Assembly: GCF_009914755.1 (NCBI RefSeq) | Contig: NC_060942.1 | DNA length: 64,000 bases | Origin: the human T2T-CHM13v2.0 reference genome, Homo sapiens | Direction: 5' to 3' (one strand) | Shown here: positions 12,261 through 26,743 of the stretch, piece after piece | Layout of the letters: every line of letters begins with the position of its first letter | Position numbering within the stretch: position 1 is the first letter of the stretch | Program-made: the position numbers and the translations under genes | Notes under the pieces: generated by a model | Seen by the model: only the letters and a program-made list of their open reading frames with translations | Databases searched by the model: none | What the model was told of the DNA's origin: nothing

Positions 12261-14429
12261 TGAGATCCTTGAGTCACCCCTTTATCTTCATAGAAGAGGG
12301 AACTGAGGCCAAACCATGGGGAAAGCAGATAGTAAGGACTGGACTGGACTGGACTCTGAGCTAATGCTGTTCATATGAATGACACTCTATCCCCTTGCTC
12401 TCTAAGGCTAAGGAAACCTTCCATGCAGGAGTGCTGTGAGCTGAGCAGTGCATAAGAAAAGAGTGTTTGTGGGAATCAGCATTTTACCACCTGGCAGACC
12501 TGCCTGGGCTGTAGCAGAGCCTCCCCACTCAGTGGACAAGGGACAGGAGGGATCAAAGGTACAGCCACTATCCTGGGCTTTGCACAAACATTGCCTCGCC
12601 TCCTTCTCCTGGTACCCCCATGTTATCCTTTCTGAACAAAGAGGCAACTGAGGCCCCAAGAGCCCAAAGCTGCATGACAATGACGGTGAATCAGGACTGG
12701 AACCCAGACCCCCTGCCTCCCTACCCACAGCTCTTTCAGCTCCCTTTCCAAATATATCAGCTTGCTGCCCTCTGGCTGTCCTGTTTTCTACCCAAAACTA
12801 GGACCTCGTCCACCTTCTCAAGCCCAGTCACCCCCTTACTCCCACTGAAGCCCTGGAATCTTAGGCCTAGTGGGGTTGCAGGTTCCAGAGTACTTACATC
12901 CTTAAAGGACATAAACATCTGTAGCCTTCAGTCACCCCCACAATTGCCTATGCACGTTAGATGTGTCTACTAAAAACAACCACTATAATAGTTGTAGCTG
13001 CCTTTATTGCTTATTCTGTTTTAGGGTTTACGCTACCTTCTCTTTTTAATATAATGATATTTGTCATTAATTGAATTATTTTACATCACACCAGACATCG
13101 TATAATCCAAACCAGGCCAGGAGCTGTGGGCTCTGTATTACAGCACCCACCCCACCAGAGGCAGCTGACAGGCCATTATTCTGTGTCCTGCAAACTCTGT
13201 GCAGTGATAAGGAAACTCCACCAATTTGATGCTTTATCTGGTTGCAGGTTGAGGAAAGATATTATTTCAATCAAGATAATGATTCTACTTCTTGAACGGA
13301 AATGAGATTTTTTTCATTGCCTCATGGGGGTGCCACCAACATCTGTCTCCGGGCTGGAACAGGTCATGAACAAGTTAGAGGATTTTCTTGTAACCTGAGA
13401 GAGAGTGTAAACATGAAGGAGAACTGAAAGAAGGGAGCTTGCTTGCAAGAGAAAAACATATCTGCCAGGCCTCCACGATTATAAAATAAGCTCAATTTGG
13501 AAAATGTACACTGGCATTGAACAGAGCATTCAAGACCGAACTTCAGAAGGTAAGTGTCCGGTGTGAGCCCTACAGCCTGGAATTCAAGTGAGGTAAATGG
13601 CCTAAAAATGCCATGATAATACCAAAGATGCACAGAGGAGACTCAGCTATGACAGGACCTTAGACGTCTTCTAAGCCTGTTGTCAGGCAGTGTGGATCAG
13701 CTGTGTAACTGTGCTGACGGATGACCTAGCTCCTGTTTCAGCCCCTTCTACCAGAGGGGGCTCGCCACCAAAAGAACCCATTCCATCTTGGACCAGATCC
13801 TGTGTTGAGGAAGTACCTCCAAATTATAGTCAAGTCACTGAATAAAAGGAAACCACAGTGAAAACTCACACGGTGCTGACAATGCAGGAAATCTAAATGC
13901 ACTTTGGAAACAGAATACACAATATGCAAATGACATCAGATAATAAATGCAGGGAGACCTCAATGATTTGCACTAAATAGTGAAGTTAGTGAAATTTTAA
14001 ATTATTTTAAATATTTGGGAATTCCAGGGGCTGTCATGCGGTATCTCAAATAATTTGCTTTAAATAATAATTTAAATTTTATGTATAATTTGCTTTAAAT
14101 AATAATTATTATTTGCAATGAGAAATAAAAATAATTTATTATTTGCAATTAGAAGTAAAAATAATTTTCAATTCCTATATCAATTGTTTATATAGTAACT
14201 CTAAAGAGTTCGAAAACGTTTGTAAAGTTCTTATGCATTTTAAACATTCCACTGAGAGCTGAATCAGGCTATTAATTGCTCCCTCTCCAAAGAAAAGGCC
14301 TATTTCGGCTCAATCCCTTCTGGAATAACCCCAACTGCTGACTCTAAAGACCCAAGAAGGTGGCACCTTTCTATACTGCATCAGATTCACCAAAATTTTG
14401 GAATCTAAACCACAGTCTTGTTGGTTGTA

Positions 14430-14605
14430 GACTATCATTGGAAAGTAACACAAAACTCTGGCAATATTGGTTGTCTCTAGGACAGGAGCCTGCTTGAGGC
14501 CAGAGGTAGAGGGGAGACTTTTTACAATATACCTTCTGGTACTTTTGAATTTAGAGCCTTGAGACGATACTGTCTGTTAAGAATAAAATTCCAGTTAAAA
14601 AAGCA
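14430..14605 (+). mobile_element. L1ME-type 3' end fragment
   Basis: TGGTTGTCTCTAGG...GGGAGACTTTTTACAATATACCTT...TACTTTTGAATTT resembles the L1ME4-type terminus. Confidence 0.55.
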
Positions 14606-14789
14606 CATGTTATTTTCAGTTAAAAAAACAGACTTCGGGATTGATTTCTATTTTAATACCTATACTCCCAAAATACAATCTTACTGCAATGAAAATTACT
14701 GCCAGGTCAGTGAAAATGACATTTGGCTGTCTTGACAAGAGTGGTGCTCACACGCATGAGAATAAAAGCAATTGATGCCCTGCCCAGGT

Positions 14790-15158
14790 CTCTGTACCTA
14801 CTCCCCAGCTGCTGAGTGTGGTACACAGCTTTCACTCATGACATTCTCGGGTCCTTGCTCTTGGTTGAGGTGATGCCTTGGAAGCTGCACCACCAGCAAC
14901 ACTCTGGGGGCAGCTGCTGACAAATAAGGGGACACACAAGCCCTGCCCCCTGCCTCCAAGTCAGACATCACTGCAGTGCAGTTGATGTGGACCAGACCCA
15001 GGGAGACCTGCCCTGAGACCACATTCCCACTCAGCTCTTGCTTCTTTACCCTGCTTCCCTCTCTCCTTGACAAGTGTTTCCTAAGAGCTCTCCCTGGATA
15101 CATCACATCCCACTGAAAACTGACTCAGGCTCTGCTTCTAGGAAGCCCAACCTAAGTC
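14790..15158 (+). mobile_element. LTR16-family (ERVL) solo LTR
   Basis: Ends TCAGGCTCTGCTTCTAGGAAGCCCAACCTAAG, the characteristic LTR16 3' end. Confidence 0.7.
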
Positions 15159-15504
15159 AGTCACCAGTGGCTCAAAATGAAGCCCTCCAGCATCTTTTCA
15201 GAGGGTTGTCCCAGGAGTTGGAAGCACACGTGAGCCTTCCTCCTTGAAGGCAGCACCATAACCACCTTCCTGCCTTGCCGAAGACCACCAGTCTGACATA
15301 ATACAGCCCACGAAAGCCAGCAACAGCAAAACATGGACATCCAGAACAGACAGAGTTCTGACAACTGGACCCCGTGGCGCAGCACAATGATGACTCTTCT
15401 TCCCCAGGATGAATAAGCAGGAGGCAAGGGCTGAGCCAAAAGGACCTGTTGCATAATCTGAGCAATGTCCAGTTATGTGCAGCGGAAAGTCAGTGTGGAC
15501 GTCT

Positions 15505-15650
15505 TAGGCAGCTCTACCACTTACTAGCAGAGCAAACTAGAGCAAATATTGAATGATTCTGAGCCTCAGTTTCTTCATCTGCAAAATGGGAATACTGGAT
15601 AGAGCCTTTGTAAAGCACCTATGAGGCAGTACCTTCAAGAGTGCTGCAAA
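15505..15650 (+). mobile_element. MIR SINE
   Basis: CTCTACCACTTACTAGC...CTGAGCCTCAGTTTCTTCATCTGCAAAATGGGAATA. Confidence 0.8.
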
Positions 15651-15943
15651 TTGCTCATCCAATGTGAATACTGGCTGTTGTTATGGAGATTTATAACTAG
15701 CTACCTTCTCCTGCTTGCTTGGGACAAATATTAATTAATCATCATTAAATAAATATATCCCAGCTGCCCCTCATCCTGAGCACAGTACCTAGAGCTCCCT
15801 GTGTGAGAAGTGGCTCTGGGGGAAAGGCAAGTGGACAATTGGGAGTGCTGTATTGGTGACTGTCCGCCAGGAGCTCAAGATGTGGCCCCATTACTGGCCT
15901 CACAGGGCTCTGGTGGCCCTTGGCTGCAGCTGTGTGGAGAATT

Positions 15944-15991
15944 TTCTCTCTCTCTCTCTCTCTCTGTCTTTCTCATTCCCTCTCTCTCTCT
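15944..15991. repeat. (TC)n microsatellite
   Basis: Direct read. Confidence 0.9.
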
Positions 15992-16179
15992 GAGACAAAG
16001 GGAGTATCTCCAATGCAGATTTCCTATAATCTACTCAGTGTATAGACTGATCTCAAATACAACCTCAAGTTTGTGAAAAATTCATGCAGCCATTTTCATA
16101 TCGTGGAGTGGCCGACAAACAGGCAGAAACTAAATTTTATTTACATAGGTGAAGAATCCTTTATTCCATCCTGATTCTT

Positions 16180-16615
16180 TGCATCTGGACCATTCCTGAA
16201 GCCATGCCAAGCCCTCCAGCACCTGGCCCTGTCCAACCTCACCAGCATCTTCTCCCCTCCCACCCTCAGACCCATGCCTACACCATCCTCCACATAGGCA
16301 TCCACCCCTGTTCCTTCCTTCCTGGAATGGCCTCCCTCCTCCATCAGTCCAGTTCAAGCCTCTCCTTCTCCAGGAAGTCTTCCCTAACCATTTCCCATCC
16401 CCAGCATTTCTGCCCGGGCCATGCCAGCCAGAGCTGGTGCACACACCTGGTCATAAAGTTCTTTGTCTCATATGCAGGTGTCTTCTCTTCCTGAACTGGA
16501 CTGAAAGCTCCTCCAAAACAGAGCCAATGCCTGCTGCTTCTCGTGGATTTCCCAGAGCTTCCAGGTGCTGCCTGGCACCTGGTGATTAATGACATTCTCA
16601 GATTGATTAATGGAT
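16180..16615 (+). mobile_element. L2 LINE 3' region
   Basis: CTTCCTTCCTGGAATGG, CTTCTCCAGGAAGTCTTCCCTAACC, GACTGAAAGCTCC and TGCCTGGCAC are L2 3' motifs. Confidence 0.7.
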
Positions 16616-18364
16616 TGGTTCCTGTGACTGCACTTAGTTTAACACACTGTTAAATGGCCTCTATGAGAATTTACTGTTCTGAATAGGGGGTCAACCTAGC
16701 AGCAAACTTAGAACTGTACAAACTGTTTGTGGCCCCAAGTAAAAAAAAAATGCACATCTCTCTTTTTTCTAGAGTCCTGCTCTCCCGCACAGCAGTCGAG
16801 TCAAGGGAGTGACTCTTTCATGAGCCAGTGGGAACATTCTCCACTTAGAGGGCAGAGCCAGGGTTCAAACCACCCTCCTCCAATTCAGTGCCTTACATTC
16901 CTGGGTTCAGCTCCACCCCAAGGGAGGAAGCTTCCAGAAGAAGAACCAAAAGCCAATCCCATCCAGGTCATGCTCTTTTCCCCTAACAGGGAAATCCACC
17001 CACTTCCCAGGAACATTGTTAAGCCACAGAACTAAAAAAGCAAAATTCATACTCACAAGCACCGATGCCTTAGTTTTAAATTTCAGGACACCAGTTTTTC
17101 TGCAAATCTGCTCATTTCCTGCAAAGAGAAGAAAGGGACGGAGAATCATATTAGCATCTGCTCTGGGTATCCTCAGCAGTTTCCCGGCCGACCTCAGGCT
17201 TCTGCACCTTCTCTGTGTTCTCACTCCCAGCAGCACTCTCCCCTCCCCAGGCACACTGCATGCTAGTTGGGTGGGTGCCCCTCGCTCCTCGCAGGATTCC
17301 ACCCCTCCAGGCCCGTGGGCTCGGCCCACGCTGCCTCCCTCTCCCTCCCCGGCGCTGTGCCAGTCTCAGATTGACCACTGCCTCCAATTCCCTGAAGGCG
17401 CCCTGGCTTCTTCCCACTCCGGAGTGAGGCCTCCACTTCTGTAGCATGGGGTTGCCTAGCAACCCTGCGCGTGCAGCTCGGAAGGCCTTCCTAAATTGGA
17501 CCTCACAGCACAGGGCATCTCCTTGTACAGCTGCCTGCATCTTAACAATCTGGCTCTGAATAATAACACAATGGTAATTGCATTCATGGACCCCAAACTA
17601 CATTTAAATAATGTTCAAGAGCTGACACAAACCAACAAAGGCCAGAAAATGCATCGGGGAGGTTGACTGTAAGGCCAGGCAGGAACGTTCGGGGCGGGAG
17701 GGAGTTGACACCAAAGACTTGAGTTAATGACAACGCTAACCTGAACTGTGAATTCTCCTGCATTTCGCCTGAGTGTGTCATCACTGTAATGTGTTGCAAT
17801 GTGAGTCTGGGCAATTAACGCCCAGAGGCAGTGATGCTTCAAGACAGGATGCCCTTTAGTTCTGCTGATGCATACGTGGATTTTTGGAGGGAGTCAGGAA
17901 GTGGGGAGCTCCTTGGACAGGAGGGGAGACTGTTAATGAGTGATTTTAGTTGGCTTTTACAATCGTGGCTAAATACATTTTCGAAGGTGGGGAAATAACT
18001 TACCAAGCAAGGGCACAAAGCATTTGCTACCTCAGCGAGGGACAAATTCGACATGACTGATGCACTTCAGGATAAGAAGTGAAGGCAAAGAGGCCTTGAC
18101 ACTGGCTGAAGCGCAGACTGAGCAGCCTAGCTCGGAATGGGGAAAAGGGGTGGGTGCGAGAGGCCAGCTTTGATCTGTGTCCCTGGCAGAGGATACTGTG
18201 CAGCTCTGCTCAAGGGAGGAGGGTCTTAGCACACAAGCAGTGGCAAGCTGGCAATCTGCTCCTTGTGGAGCCTTAGCAGTGAGGGCCGGCAGATCAGCTC
18301 TGATCATTTGAAAGCTGGAAGCACTTTGTTTTTAAAAAGCTCAATCCTCCTGCAAGGGAATGGG

Positions 18365-19150
<786 letters not shown>

Positions 19151-19320
19151 ATATCCCCCTGCAACAATAGCACAGCATACACCTCCACACTGTTTCTCTG
19201 CAAGACTTCAGTCCATCTTCATTTTGGAAGTCAGAGTGGCCTGTGTCATTCACAAGCTTGGACAGGGAGACTCACTGGGACCAAAGGACATAATGGACAG
19301 TGTGACTGGGCCAGGGAGCC

Positions 19321-19694
19321 TGTATTAGTCTATTCTCATACTGATAATAAAGACATACCCGAGACTGGGTAATTTATAAAGGAGAGAGGTTTAATTGACT
19401 CACAGTTCTGCTGGCTGGGGAGGCTTCAGGAAACTTAAAATCATGGTGGAGGGGGAAGCAACACATCCTTCTTCACATAGTGGCAGCAAGGAGAATGCAG
19501 AGTGAAGAGGAGGAAAAGCCCCTTATAAAACCATTGGCTCTCGTGAGAACTCACTTGCTACCATGAGAACGGTATGGGGGAATCCAGCCCCATGATTCAA
19601 TTATCTCCCACTAGGTCCCTCCCACAGAATCTGGGAATTATGGGAGTTACAATTCAAGATGAGATTTGGGTGGGGACACAGCCAAACTATATCA
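19321..19694 (-). mobile_element. THE1C/THE1D-like MaLR solo LTR
   Basis: Termini TGTATTAGTC...CCAAACTATATCA; 5-bp TSD GAGCC at 19316-19320 and 19695-19699. Confidence 0.93.
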
Positions 19695-19799
19695 GAGCCC
19701 ATGGCTCATAAGCATGGTGTTTGTGCAATGTGGCCTCAGACAGAGAGAGGGGTCTGAGCATTGAGAGACAGGATTCTCCTATTCCCACCTCTTGAAGTC

Positions 19800-20145
19800 C
19801 AAACACCATCACCTTCCAGAACTCAGCCTCCTTCCACTTAGCCAGTCCTATCCCTGTGTCCCCTGTCTGCTCTCCCCACCGGGAACCTGGGCTCCTATTA
19901 CACTTTCATTGTTACCATTTGTTCACCTCATACCCCTGCCTAGAAAGCCCCTTCCTGTGCCATCTGAACTAATTTTACTCTTTCTACTGGGTCCACATCA
20001 AAGTCCACCTCCCTCATCAAGCCTTCCAGATCCCTCCCAGTTGTACTTTCTCTGAATGCCACAGCCCGTAATCAATCACTTCTTAGGTACTATCTCATGT
20101 TCTTGTCTGAAAATCTGGTCTCTTCTAATAAGTCCCTGAAAGGAA
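19800..20145 (+). mobile_element. L2 fragment
   Basis: CCCTGCCTAGAAAGCCC...AAGCCTTCCAGATCCCTCC, pyrimidine-rich L2-like; approximate. Confidence 0.45.
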
Positions 20146-22409
20146 CCCTGAGCAATGATTATTGCTAACATTTTTTTGTCCACCACAAGCTGTAGCTCAG
20201 GGCTGAGCACACCATGGTTGCCGGATTGCCTTGCCTCCTTTCTCAGGGAATTCTAACCATAGCTCCCCTGCCCAGGACACAAAGCATGACTGCTGGCTGC
20301 AGAGCCCCGGAGCTAAATATTCCAGGTGAACGCTCAGTTCCTTCCAGTCACTTAGAGGTGTAACTCAATGTGTGCAATAAACAATTGAGCATTTACAGAT
20401 TTTATTAATTTGGAAAGGTCATTAGAGCTAACAGCTTCTCCAAGTGAGAGTGAATAAATAGCATGGGTAATTTTTTTTCTATGCCCTGGATTTTTTTTCT
20501 TGGAATGTACTTTAAGCCTCAAAAATAATGTTAGAAGTAAAAAAGAAAAAAAAAATCCAGGCTTTGGAGACAGGGGGAGACTGACAGGAGTTCTGGACAA
20601 GCCTCGTCCCCTCTGTCTTCCCATCTGCAAAACAAGGGAGTGGTCTCAAAGGTTCTTCCAACTTAGAAAAATAAAATTATGATTCAATTTTAGGAATGTG
20701 AAATTAGCTAGTGACCTTCCAAGTTAGCAGTTGCTGCCTCTCCCCCACCCATCCTTCCAGGTGCCCCTCGCCTTGGATAGATACGGCATAAGTTCACACC
20801 TCTGCAGCCAGAACAAGGTCCTTAATCATTTCAGGTGCCTTCCCAGGCCCTGACCTGGGTGCTCTCAATCCCAACGACCTGGCTCGCCTTGCTCTCATTA
20901 GATCATTAAGGAATACTCAAGACTAATGAGTTGTTTTCTTGAATCTCCAAAAATGGCTGGAAAGGGGCAGGAGGGCATCATCCAAGCTCTGTCTCTCCTT
21001 GGCTCGGTGACCAGCCAGTGCTGTCTGTCAAGGGCTGGCCTCTGCGGGGCAGATGCTCCTGGCTCTTCCCGACAGGTGAGAAATGGAAGCAACATTCAGG
21101 GAGTGGAGTGGAGGGGCTCTGGCTCCTGCCTGCTGTCGTGGGGAGAAACACTTGGCCCTTGACCAGAGTGCTGTTGGCCAAGGCTTTTCCTGACATCCTT
21201 TTCTCTCCCTATCATCATCCGTCCCTCTTCTCTCTGCCTTGGGTGCGGGCAGATGCTGGGAAGGTGGGAGTGCAGTGTCTGTCTGTGAATGTGTGGCCAC
21301 AAACACTCTTGCCCCCACCTCCAGACTGCCCAGGATTATCAGGAGCAAGAAGAAGACTAAGTGTGAATCAAGACTCTGTAAGGAACAACATTAATACTAA
21401 TCTTAACATTACCATTGATATTAACTATATGATGGTTTATGATTAAAGAAGTATTTTCCCACGTATGTATCAGGTAGGTAGAATAGATTCAACACATTTG
21501 TTGAGTACCTGCTGGGGATGCAGATATGAAAAGGTGTGAATCCTGCCTGCCAACTCCGTGCAGGAGGGTTGTAGACAAGATGACGGAGGCACAGAGGAGC
21601 TGAGCAATTGTCTTAGTGTCATCCAGCTAGCAGACACTGAAGCAGTGCTCAAATCAAGCCCATGAACTCAGGGGCCCTTTGCAACTCTACCTATATGACT
21701 TGTGAGTTTAGTATGAAATTTAGCCTGCATGACATCCTTCAGAAGGGAACAGCCACTAGACAGGATGGTTTGGGGACAGTGGGATTTTATGCCTAGAATG
21801 AAACAGCGACTGTGGGCTTCAGTGCATGGGAGGCCCAAGGCACCCCAGAGAGGCAGGCCCTGAGCTGAGCACAGTGCAGAGCCCACTGCAGACACAGCCT
21901 TGCTGTCCATGGCCTTTGTGCCCATTGCTAAAGATCCCCCCTCTCAGCAGCCTTTGTAGAGAGGCCTTGAAAGTTGAGGCAAATTCATGACATCTTCCCC
22001 CCACCACCCAATCTGCACTAACCTTTCTTGGGCACAGCACTTATAATCGGCATGTGACACAAAATTGGTGTTGTTCTTCTTGGAGTCTCTTTTGGGGAAA
22101 ACAAGTCCCATGCTTGGGGGAGTCGTACAAATCTCTCACTTTACAACCAAGGCCACGGAAGCCCAGTGGGGCCAAATACCTTGCCTTGAGCACACTAAAG
22201 ACAAGAGCGGAAGTCAGGTTCCCAAACTCCCTGCCCAGGGCCTGCACACACCCACCTTGCAGAGGTGGGAGGGTAGGAACGGGCTGTGCTTTGCTTCCTC
22301 TGACCTTCCAGCAGGTGGAAGATGAGCACATGGCCACCCCTCAGTGAGTGTCTGTGGCTGGGAGGATGGCCAGGTCATGGGCCCTGTGGCAGGGTCTGTA
22401 GCTCCCAGG

Positions 22410-22615
22410 AGGCCATAATGCTTGGTGGTTCAGAGGCAGCCTGGCCCTGCCATCGACCAGCTGTGTGACATTGGGCGAGTGACTTAACCTCTCTCTGCGT
22501 CAGATTTTTACCAGCAAACGGGGCATAATAACGCTACCTACATCCTATTTCACAAGGTTGAAGCAAGAATAAAATAAAAGAACAAGGAGAAACACTTGGT
22601 GCAGGACCTCAGCTG
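22410..22615 (+). mobile_element. MIR SINE
   Basis: CCAGCTGTGTGACATTGGGCGAGTGACTTAACCTCTCTCTG core. Confidence 0.85.
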
Positions 22616-22967
22616 GGGCCAGCAAGGCTGGCTTTTCCCTGGGAGGTGAGCTCCATGGTGGCGGGTGGAGGACACTGAGCCACTATGCTTATTGCTCAGT
22701 CCTCAGTGCCTCACATGGGGCAGGCACATAAATGATAGCTGACCACATTCCTGGAGAAAGTACTTCTGGGGCTAGTGGGAGCCCAGCGCTTGGTGAGAAC
22801 AAGGCCTGGTGTGTTGAGCTTTCACAGCAGGTGGGCCAGCCTCAGTCCTGAGAGGCCCGGGGGTTGTCCAGCTGAGAGTCTGCAGTGACAGGGAGGCAGC
22901 AGCTGCCCCTCCCAGGATCCTTCAGAGGCTATGTTTGCTTTATCTCCAATACTAAAATCAACCACCC

Positions 22968-24098
<1,131 letters not shown>

Positions 24099-24429
24099 TC
24101 AACCATTTCAAAACACAACGCTCGGTGCCAATAAGTATGGGGCATCACTGAGTCCCCACTGGACTCCCAGGCCCCACGCTGGGGACTTGGAGGAGGACTG
24201 TGAGACCTGCACGATCCTCCCAACTTGAAGTGCAACCATGTCTGGCCAAAATGTTAGAGACTGTGTGAGAAAGTCAAGTGGGGAGGCCAGCAGGGCCTCC
24301 AGCTGGTGATGCAAACAGGGCTGTGCACCCCAGCAACCCGGGCACCTCCGGCTATTAGGCAATGATTCTACTCTTAATTCACTCTTTCTGAGAATACACC
24401 CCGGGCCAGGCACACTCTCCCTGACTTCC

Positions 24430-24570
24430 AGAGGGAAGGTCTATAATAGACTTAGCCCCCTCCTCTCAGGTCTAGAGGCTAGACTCTGCCCAGCCTTTTC
24501 CTATTCCCCACACTCCCAACACCAGATATAGTAGGTGTTCAATAAACAGGTATTGAATTAAATAGTAATT
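24430..24570 (+). mobile_element. L2 3' end
   Basis: ATAGTAGGTGTTCAATAAACAGGTATTGAATTAAAT terminus. Confidence 0.65.
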
Positions 24571-26378
24571 ATTTGCATGCCTCTTGCTCCCCCATCCAAA
24601 AAAAAACCTGATTATAAGCCCCTTACCCAACCTCCCAACAGAGTACTTGCTGAACAAAATGAATAGCAGAATTCAGGTGGAAGGAACACGCCATAGGAGA
24701 AACCTTGTGTTTGTTAATGGGGGCACTTGCCGCAGCGCTGAGAGCATATCTCAGAGATGACTCCCCTGGCTGCTCCTGCTCTGCTTTGCTCCCCTCCCCA
24801 GCAGGATGGACACTCACCAGCTCCTGCAGGGAAGGGTGGAGAGGCCAGGATCCACTGAAACAAGGTGGCAGGCGCGTGGAGTCATCTCTGAGCATCCTGC
24901 CTCGTCAGTGTGGAGACAGAAGCAGAATGAAGCCCCTTGGTCCAGGGACCCATCGTGGGGGTGCCTCTGGGAAGCCCAGCAAGCATTTATGGAGGGTCAG
25001 CTGGGGTCTACTCCCTGCCACCTAGCCAGCAGGGCATGAAGCCATGGTGTGATTCAGAGGGAGTGGGGGAGGTTGTGTCTGTGTGTGGCTGAGATAATGG
25101 AATCCTCCTTCAGTCATTGCTCTGGGGTGACAGCCCCTTAGAAGTCCACATTTCTGTGACCTTGGCCTAGAATCTTAAAATAGCCCTGAGAAAGAGGGAG
25201 GGCTGAGCCCAGAGCCAAGGCCAACAGTGGGGCCTGGGCCAAGGGAGGGGAGGGCAGATGAGCCTGTCCAAGGAACAAAGGCTTCACCTCCCTAGTCTGG
25301 CTGCCCAATCTGGGTCCTCTGCTCAGTCACGTACATTTTATTTTTTCTAGACTCAGGCAAGTACTCCTGGATTCCCCACCCTACCCCCTGCCCAGACAGC
25401 CAGGGGAGGAGGGATCTCTCACACCAGCTTCTAAGTCATCCTGCAGCTCTCTGTCCATTGCAGGAGCATCCATGGTGAAATATGTGCATTTATGCAGAGT
25501 GGTGATATTGCGGGGGTTGTCTGAACTAAAATCTAGAAAGGGGCTAAAGAAGGACTCCACTTTCATAGCTGGGGGGAGGTGTGGTTAGGCCAGTGAACCC
25601 TGGTGAGAACTAAGTGCAGCAAGGTGATCATGCCCAGTAAGCTCAGGAGATAATGTGAGAGGGCTCCCAGGGGCAGCAGAGTAAACAGAGGCTTGCAGGA
25701 TGGGGAGGATTTGGAGAGATAGGGGTGAAGGGCAGTCTAGACAGGAGAGATTCTTAGCAACGCTGCAGAGGCAGGGACAGGCCCAGCATCACCAGGGCAG
25801 TGAGTTACCAGGTCTGGCTGGAGCAGATGACATGTGCAGAGAGGATCAGGAAATACAGCCAGGAGGGCAGCTGAGGAACCCCAAATGCCCGCCAGCTGAC
25901 TCTGGGCTTGAGTCTTTGGATAGCTGTGGGGAAGGGAGAACAGATGAGGAGGAGTGGGTGCTGGAGTGCAGCATTTTGTTCGGGCCCTGCAGAGACACAT
26001 CTGGGAGGGGGGAGGGGGCAGAGGGACTGGCTCAGGCTGAAGTCATCCCCATCCCTGCTTCCCCTTGGCTACTCCCAATTTTGCCAGCTCTGGGAAACTC
26101 AGCCAACTAAGCATCTGTGGCCCAAAAATGTAATCTCTGCGTACCAGCCTCTGATTCAGAGAAGTAGGAGTGAGTTTCTAGGAGCTAAAGCCCTGGCAAA
26201 TATACTATGGTAGGGGCCCTCTTAGCTGTCTGGACTAGTGAGCTACCTGAAAGATTTTAACCTTTAATATATACTTGTACATTCATTCACCAAACTTTTG
26301 ATGTAACATTAAGGTCTTTTTCTATTTTTTGGTAAATTGTTTCTATTATTATTTCTTACATAAACCATACTCATATGG

Positions 26379-26743
26379 TGATATGGTTTGACTGTGTCCC
26401 CTTCCAAATTTCATCTTGAATTGCAGCTCCCATAATCCCCACGTGTCGTGGGAGGGATGTGGTGGGAGGTAATTGAATCATGGGGGCGGGTTTTCCCCTG
26501 CTATTCTCGTGATAGTGAATACGTCTCATGAGATCTGATGGTTTTATAAAGGGGAGTTCCCCTGCACATGTTCTCTTGCCTGCTGCCATGTAAGACATGA
26601 CTTTGCTACTCCTTTGCCTTTTGCCATGATGGTGAGGCCTCCCCAGCCATGTGGAACTGTGAATCCATTAAACCTCTTTTTCTTTATAAAATTATCAAGT
26701 CTCGGATATGTCTTTATTAGCAGTGTGAGAACAGACTAATACA
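26379..26743 (+). mobile_element. THE1B solo LTR
   Basis: TGATATGGTTTG...GAACAGACTAATACA; 5-bp TSD TATGG at 26374-26378 and 26744-26748. Confidence 0.95.
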
